A stretch of DNA of 64,000 nucleotides from an uncultured virus (IMG/VR IMGVR_UViG_2867919565_000004) (taxonomy: Duplodnaviria > Heunggongvirae > Uroviricota > Caudoviricetes): IMG/VR virus record IMGVR_UViG_2867919565_000004, positions 1-64,000 of that record; one strand, given 5' to 3'. Below the pieces are notes generated by a model, which saw nothing but the letters and a program-made list of their open reading frames with translations, was not told the DNA's origin and searched no databases. Shown one piece after another: positions 58,766 through 64,000 of this stretch (position 1 is its first letter; every line of letters starts with the position of its first letter). A program made the position numbers and the translations under genes.

Positions 58766-58786
58766 TTAATTCACCTCCCTTCAATT

Positions 58787-59935
58787 TTAGACCATGATTA
58801 ATTCAAGTAGTTTTTCGTCACAGCCCATTTTCCTTAGCTCCGCTAATGGAAGATTGATAAATAATTTATCACCAGATTTTTTCAACTTTGCAGTGCTTTC
58901 ATAAAAATAATTCTTATTTTGATATAGAATCCCCTTAACGTAATCTAGAATCCCAGAATCATATTCATACAATTCCATATTTTCAAGCTCATTTATTACC
59001 TTCTCTGCTTTATTAAATTCCTTATTATTAGTATAGTAATATGCTACCTCAATCTTATCAGGGATATTATCAGTGTCGAAATCAAGCCATTTATTATCCT
59101 TATTCCAAACGTTGCTTAAAAAGCAAAGAGCCAATCGCAGCTTATATTTATGATGTTCATTATCACGCGCAAATTCCAACCCTTTAAGATACTGCTCTTT
59201 TGCTTTAGAATAGCTTTCAAAAATTAATGTATTACCATATGTTAAATGCCCAAATACTTTTAGGCGATTTATATTTGAATTTTGAATAACTTGTTCTGAA
59301 TGATACCTGGATTTTTCAATTTCATTATCATTTAAATGAATATTTGCATTTAATAATGAAATCCTATTCATATAGCAATCTTTCACAAAGCCCTCGGGTA
59401 AATCGTTGAAATTGAGAATTGATAATGTGCTTTTCATCAATCCAAACTCGCCTACCTTCAAATACTCATACATCAGCATAGCATTTGAGAAAAACAACAT
59501 TTCATCTGTTTTACACTTTCCGGTTGCTCTTATTGCATCAGTTAAACTTATCTTATTTTCGCTCAATCTTCTATGTATACTGTATGTATTGCCCCATTCT
59601 TGACTTGCTAGGTTTTTTGAGCTAGATAGCCTTGAAACTATCTTGTCTGTTAACGTATCCCATTGATTAATATCTGAGTATTCAACAGATTGTCTGGCGC
59701 ATTTTTTGTTGGGATCCAATGATAAGAAATAATCACTTAAAAGTTGCTCTTCATTATCAGGAAACAAGCTTTTAACAATATTAATTAAACCGCCTAAGTT
59801 GTCCATTTCTTTCTCTGGGGTGTTAATGAATTTGTAAAAGCCATTAACTTTTTCGTACCCTGCTATTTTTGAGAGTTTCGCTGCGAGTTGGTTGTCTTTT
59901 TCACATTCATTCTTAATCATCTGCTTAAGATTCAT
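58787..59935 (-). CDS. aimR: Arbitrium receptor
   Basis: N-terminal HTH, TPR region, adjacent aimP. Confidence 0.93.
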   Translation of the reverse strand: MNLKQMIKNECEKDNQLAAKLSKIAGYEKVNGFYKFINTPEKEMDNLGGLINIVKSLFPDNEEQLLSDYFLSLDPNKKCARQSVEYSDINQWDTLTDKIVSRLSSSKNLASQEWGNTYSIHRRLSENKISLTDAIRATGKCKTDEMLFFSNAMLMYEYLKVGEFGLMKSTLSILNFNDLPEGFVKDCYMNRISLLNANIHLNDNEIEKSRYHSEQVIQNSNINRLKVFGHLTYGNTLIFESYSKAKEQYLKGLEFARDNEHHKYKLRLALCFLSNVWNKDNKWLDFDTDNIPDKIEVAYYYTNNKEFNKAEKVINELENMELYEYDSGILDYVKGILYQNKNYFYESTAKLKKSGDKLFINLPLAELRKMGCDEKLLELIMV

Positions 59936-60096
59936 TGGTTACTCCACCCCTTCCCAACTTATGTTCCCTTGTTTATAATATACATTAGAGTTGTCAGAAT
60001 TACAAGTATTTATTTTATTTTTATTCTAATTATTTTTTGAAGGATCCTTATCTGATTAAAATTCGTATTTTATATAAACCGGCACAATAAGAATCC

Positions 60097-60507
60097 TTAT
60101 TGTGCCTTAAAGATATTTAGTCCGAGTTTATCTTTTAATGCATCCTGCAGCACCTGAGAAAAATTAATGTTCTTTTCTTCAGCCACTTCATTCAACCACG
60201 CAGGAATAGTTAGTGTTTTCTTAATTGATTTACGTCTATATTCATCGCGGAATGCATGCATAGGTATATCAATCAAGCACACAACTTCGTTTTCCTCTGT
60301 CTTAATTTTCGAAAACGGTGATGGGTTGGGATACTTCTCTCCATCCATTTCTAATCCATATAAATGAAGCCCTAAAGCTTCTTTTGCCATGCTAATTGCA
60401 TCTGTGTCATTCGATCCACAAGTTATACACCCAGGAAGGTCTGGAAAGGTTACTGTAATACCATCTTTTGCAAAGTGTAAAATAGAGGGGTAAGATACCC
60501 AGTTCAT
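60097..60507 (-). CDS. hicB: HicB-family antitoxin (orphan)
   Basis: VTFPDLPGCITCG...A.EAL.L; KKTLTIP..L...NINFSQVLQ. Confidence 0.88.
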   Translation of the reverse strand: MNWVSYPSILHFAKDGITVTFPDLPGCITCGSNDTDAISMAKEALGLHLYGLEMDGEKYPNPSPFSKIKTEENEVVCLIDIPMHAFRDEYRRKSIKKTLTIPAWLNEVAEEKNINFSQVLQDALKDKLGLNIFKAQ

Positions 60508-60590
60508 TTATAATCAACTCCTTAAAGAAGATTATATATACATTTAAAAAGTTTGCAAATTCAATACGTATAATCGAACGTATTTGTTTT

Positions 60591-60929
60591 TTACTCCTTA
60601 TCACCAGGCCAAACACACATTTCAATTTCACTTTTTAATTTCTTTTTTGTATCTTCATCTAATTTGTTATAAAGAGTGCGGGCAAGATTTCGCTGATCAA
60701 TAATCATATCAACTAAGACTGACTTGGTACGTTTGTTTAAGCCCGCTTTTGTCAGTAACCACTCGTCTCCATACCCAATAAACTCAAGCAGTACTGATTC
60801 AAGATCACGTATCCGTTTTTCCATTTGATCTTTATACTCAGCGCCTGCTCTGAAACCATTTTTAAACTCTTGATTATCAAATTTGTTTCTATTTATAGTA
60901 TTGATAAATGTTTGATCCATGTTCATCAA
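60591..60929 (-). CDS. Hypothetical protein
   Basis: ORF track. Confidence 0.6.
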   Translation of the reverse strand: MMNMDQTFINTINRNKFDNQEFKNGFRAGAEYKDQMEKRIRDLESVLLEFIGYGDEWLLTKAGLNKRTKSVLVDMIIDQRNLARTLYNKLDEDTKKKLKSEIEMCVWPGDKE

Positions 60930-61471
60930 CCACCAAAATATGTGAAATCAAAATAGTACTCAGAGGCATTATCTTTAAACTTCATGTCAAGTAAGAGCTC
61001 TACTCCTTCGTTCCCTCTTTCAACGGGTATCACGGAAACATCATGTGTACCTAATGGGTAACAATTTAAAAAGAGTTTAGCACTCTCTTCTCCTCTCTTT
61101 ATTGCTTTTTCTATGTTGATATTTGAATTGTTTTCTTGAAATTCTTTATTAATACTTTGTAATACAAAAAATGCCTCAACTTTATTTTCAGATGCTCTGC
61201 TTTTCTCAATAGTCCTATTTATTTTGTGATCAAATGAATCACCGATTAATGGCAATGTAAAAAGATTAAACGCTGCTTCCTGGAGAATTTCTTTTTTACC
61301 TTTTTCAAAAATATCAATGTAGTGCTCTTTATATAAGATCACATTAACAAATTCTTTTGTTTTTAAATCAACACTTTTTGAAGGATATTTCCCTTTTGGG
61401 GTTGCTACCAATAAAATAATGGATTCGTAATTCACACTAAGACATTCTCTAAATTTATTTAATTCTTCCAT
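60926..61471 (-). CDS. Hypothetical protein
   Basis: GAGAGG RBS. Confidence 0.65.
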   Translation of the reverse strand: MEELNKFRECLSVNYESIILLVATPKGKYPSKSVDLKTKEFVNVILYKEHYIDIFEKGKKEILQEAAFNLFTLPLIGDSFDHKINRTIEKSRASENKVEAFFVLQSINKEFQENNSNINIEKAIKRGEESAKLFLNCYPLGTHDVSVIPVERGNEGVELLLDMKFKDNASEYYFDFTYFGG

Positions 61472-61518
61472 TCTAAAACCTCTCCCTTTACTTTAATTTT
61501 ATTTAGACTTCTGTTATT

Positions 61519-61650
61519 TTAAAGCCTCTTCCATTCAACATACTCAAATCGCTGCTGATAAAGGTCTTCCAGGATTGAGGCCCATTCAACCCAGCCTTCC
61601 GCAACGATGCTTTTCTTCTCCCCATCCTCAATCCATTCAATCCAGTACAC
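61519..61650 (-). CDS. yopG: YopG-like, 43 aa
   Basis: MYWIEWIEDGEKKSIVAEGWVEW... Confidence 0.65.
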   Translation of the reverse strand: MYWIEWIEDGEKKSIVAEGWVEWASILEDLYQQRFEYVEWKRL

Positions 61651-61661
61651 CTGAACACTCC

Positions 61662-61877
61662 TCACCTAGTAATAACTTCAATTTGCCTTATGGTAGAAGT
61701 GGCTTTAAACTCCGTATGTAGCTCATTTGCGATCGCTAAAGCTTCTGACATTGTAGTGAACTTAGAAGCGCCATGAAGCCCCTTAGAGGTCTTATAACCA
61801 CTTCCATCTAATTTAAATGACTTGAAGTAATCATCATTTTCAAATTGAATAACAAAAAAGTTATCGATAACCGGCAT
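61662..61877 (-). CDS. yopF: YopF-like protein
   Basis: QFENDDYFKSFKLD. Confidence 0.7.
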   Translation of the reverse strand: MPVIDNFFVIQFENDDYFKSFKLDGSGYKTSKGLHGASKFTTMSEALAIANELHTEFKATSTIRQIEVITR

Positions 61878-61879
61878 AG

Positions 61880-62131
61880 CTAACCCCTCTTCAACAGACC
61901 AGCAATTTTTATGGCCAGTGGCAGCAATCCAATTAATATGTAAAACACCATAATATTTATTTTATTCTTAAAGAACAGTTCAATCATATTCTGCTCCATA
62001 CCTGGTGAAAATGAACCAATCAGTTCCTGCTTAAACTCTTCATCATAAACCTGATCAACAAATAAGGCCTTAAATCCCGTTAGAAAGCTAATACCAAGCC
62101 AGAGTATTAAGAAATATGCTATTCCAATCAA
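61880..62131 (-). CDS. yopE: YopE-like membrane protein
   Basis: MIGIAYFLILWLG...VDQVYDEEFK. Confidence 0.7.
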   Translation of the reverse strand: MIGIAYFLILWLGISFLTGFKALFVDQVYDEEFKQELIGSFSPGMEQNMIELFFKNKINIMVFYILIGLLPLAIKIAGLLKRG

Positions 62132-62201
62132 ATTAAAACCCTCCTTATATACATCGTCTGGTATTATAGTAGTGTTAAATACTTTGTGTAGGTGAAATTT
62201 A

Positions 62202-62384
62202 ATGGAAGAGAAAGATTTTGAGACTAATGGCTACGATGTAACAGTTGTATATGATTATAAGGAGTACCCCGATGTTAAATATGGACGCTGTGACAACTGT
62301 GATTATGCTTTATTCAAGAGTTCAGTGAAAAGTGGTGTGTTTTTACGCGAATGTCGTAGGTGTGGTATGAAGAAGAGCATTTAA
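62202..62384 (+). CDS. Small Zn-ribbon protein
   Basis: CDNC...CRRC. Confidence 0.7.
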   Translation: MEEKDFETNGYDVTVVYDYKEYPDVKYGRCDNCDYALFKSSVKSGVFLRECRRCGMKKSI

Positions 62385-62451
62385 TTCAATGCTCTTTTTA
62401 TTTCACTGGAATCATGTAGCATTACAACACTTCATAACCAAGGAGATTCTA

Positions 62452-63408
62452 ATGTTTAAACCAGAAAAGATATGTAAAATCAAACAAGCTTTTAATGACC
62501 TAAAAAACCCTGAAAATATCCCCTTCCCATTTTTAGATGAAGAACTAAATGAAATACGAAAAATAGATGTTAATAAATGCGAAACATTTAGCGAAGATGA
62601 TGATTTCCCTTATTATTATAACGCTGTAATCGGTTGGGAAGGGCAATCGTTTGGGTACGGATATAAAGAAGGTTTCTTTAAGATCGCACATATGGCAATA
62701 GTGCCTTCCGATCAACAATCTGATGTAATGGTTTATCCAATTATTTTTAATTATAGACACTATTTAGAGCTAGTACTAAAAGAGAATTTATATAGATTTC
62801 AAATTTTATTCCGTCTTCCTCTATCTAATAAAGCAGACCATAATCTTGATGAACTATTGAAAGATTTTATCAAGATTCTTGAATCGCATAATCTTGGTTT
62901 TTTAATAAGCCCTAAACAAAAAAAGGTTATTATGGATTTTCATAACATCGATAGTAAAAACGATGCTTTCCGTTACGTTTATGACATAAAAGGGAATTTA
63001 AATCATTCATACGATCACAAAATGTTTAATCTACTGAGATTACATTATATAATGAATGAAATATACAATGATTTTAATGCAATTGATTATCTTTTTGAAC
63101 CTGGCTCTTTCTTTTATGACAAATATTTGGCTCCAGAATATGAAGGATTAATTATGGCATTAAACTCTTTTCTTTCGGACAAAGGCAATAGAAAAGGTAT
63201 TAATTCGCCTAAGAAACTTCTCAGTGTAGTGTCACGTTTCAAACACGAATTTTGTAAAGGGAATATATTCAAGTTTGAAAAAAGCACTTTCGTAAAAGTA
63301 ACAGAAAATACATACGAAGTAGGAAACAAAAATTTTGATTTAACAATAACCATCTATGTAACAGACCAAGAAGTTATTGAAGCAATAAGCATAAATGAGC
63401 CGTCATAA
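62452..63408 (+). CDS. HEPN-like domain protein
   Basis: YPIIFNYRHYLELVLK, HNL..L, D.K..AFRY; AAGGAG RBS. Confidence 0.6.
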   Translation: MFKPEKICKIKQAFNDLKNPENIPFPFLDEELNEIRKIDVNKCETFSEDDDFPYYYNAVIGWEGQSFGYGYKEGFFKIAHMAIVPSDQQSDVMVYPIIFNYRHYLELVLKENLYRFQILFRLPLSNKADHNLDELLKDFIKILESHNLGFLISPKQKKVIMDFHNIDSKNDAFRYVYDIKGNLNHSYDHKMFNLLRLHYIMNEIYNDFNAIDYLFEPGSFFYDKYLAPEYEGLIMALNSFLSDKGNRKGINSPKKLLSVVSRFKHEFCKGNIFKFEKSTFVKVTENTYEVGNKNFDLTITIYVTDQEVIEAISINEPS

Positions 63409-63510
63409 TCGGTTCATTTTGTTGAATAAACAGCAAAAATCATATGCTCATTCAACAATTTAAATTCGTGGTTTTATTTAGTTTTATAATTTTTCACGTG
63501 CTGTTTTACA

Positions 63511-63930
63511 TTAATGATGGTATTCTTCAGCACCTGTAGAAGTTAAGACAACAGAGTAAGTTGTTTTTCCGATCATTGGATCATTAGTTCTTTTTATTGC
63601 CTGCGCATAAATCTCTAAAAGTTTTTCGTTTGAATGATAATAGGCATGTCGGTTTGACATTTCTTTTGTAATAAAATTAACAGTTTCACTTATAAGCATG
63701 TCTTCGTGATCAGGGGAGTTGGAATTAATTTTAATACTTGAATCGATTTCTAATCCAGTGTAATTATCATCTGATGAAAACCCCAACAATTGTGGCCCTT
63801 CGTCTGGTTTAATATATCCAACAAAGAATACAGAAAGTGGGGTAATACCAGAATGATATGCTTCAAAACATGATTTTCCGTAATTAAAAGCTTCTCTAAA
63901 AAATAAGAGTGGATCAATATTACTGTTCAA
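63511..63930 (-). CDS. Hypothetical protein
   Basis: ORF track; start uncertain near window edge. Confidence 0.5.
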   Translation of the reverse strand: MNSNIDPLLFFREAFNYGKSCFEAYHSGITPLSVFFVGYIKPDEGPQLLGFSSDDNYTGLEIDSSIKINSNSPDHEDMLISETVNFITKEMSNRHAYYHSNEKLLEIYAQAIKRTNDPMIGKTTYSVVLTSTGAEEYHH

Positions 63931-64000
63931 AATATCGCTTTTTTGATCAATAAAGTCAAAAGCTTTTTCTGCAATGAAAATTCTACCTGCAAAAGAAATT

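Larger units (their letters stand above)
921..64000. mobile_element. SPbeta-like (Spbetavirus) prophage, right arm; continues beyond window
   Basis: Collinear SPbeta-type genes: yot/sspC, nrdIEF, yorE-R, ligB, yopP-S, aimRPX, yopE-G. Confidence 0.97.

Noticed and set aside
2434..60072. N6 palindromes as intrinsic terminators or CRISPR repeats
   Set aside because: 5-6 bp A/T stems are too weak for terminators; spacing is gene-sized and irregular, with no cas genes
60574..60587. LexA box CGAACGTATTTGTT upstream of hicB
   Set aside because: Right half-site does not match GTTC at the correct spacing
60591..60929. Possible HicA toxin partner
   Set aside because: Too long, helical, no KGSH motif, and separated from hicB by its own intergenic region
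5229..63353. Many short ORFs antisense to or nested within long genes in the ORF track (e.g. 5229, 9006, 29025, 36084, 41596)
   Set aside because: Shadow frames of recognisable genes without RBS or motifs

Overview
The first ~920 bp are Bacillus host chromosome: the 3' two-thirds of the xanthine permease gene pbuX. The rest (~63 kb) is the right arm of an SPbeta-like prophage inserted into pbuX and mostly transcribed on the minus strand. From the right it carries yopE-G, an orphan HicB, and an arbitrium locus (aimR, aimP with peptide SPSRGA, aimX, AimR box). Next come the sro/yopP-Q-R repression operon, yopS and a kinase-phosphatase-RNA ligase, then ligB/SRAP, PGA hydrolase, the yorE-yorL replication operon and two amino-methyltransferases. 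Further left are a cysteine-rich bacteriocin-like precursor with a coupled membrane gene, YosL, nrdI-nrdE(intein)-nrdF plus a free-standing endonuclease, dUTPase, thyA, dfrA, sspC, a RecU-like resolvase and a likely RDF next to att. The most striking unexplained structure is a palindrome, WTRAAA-N6-TTTYAW, found 24 times by eye. It nearly always sits between one gene's stop codon and the next gene's RBS in accessory regions, each copy has a different 6-bp spacer, and pairs of copies bracket single genes like cassettes. This suggests a site-specific gene-cassette system, possibly served by the catalytically intact tyrosine recombinase YopP. Gene names come from my recall of SPbeta/phi3T proteins, not from database searches.
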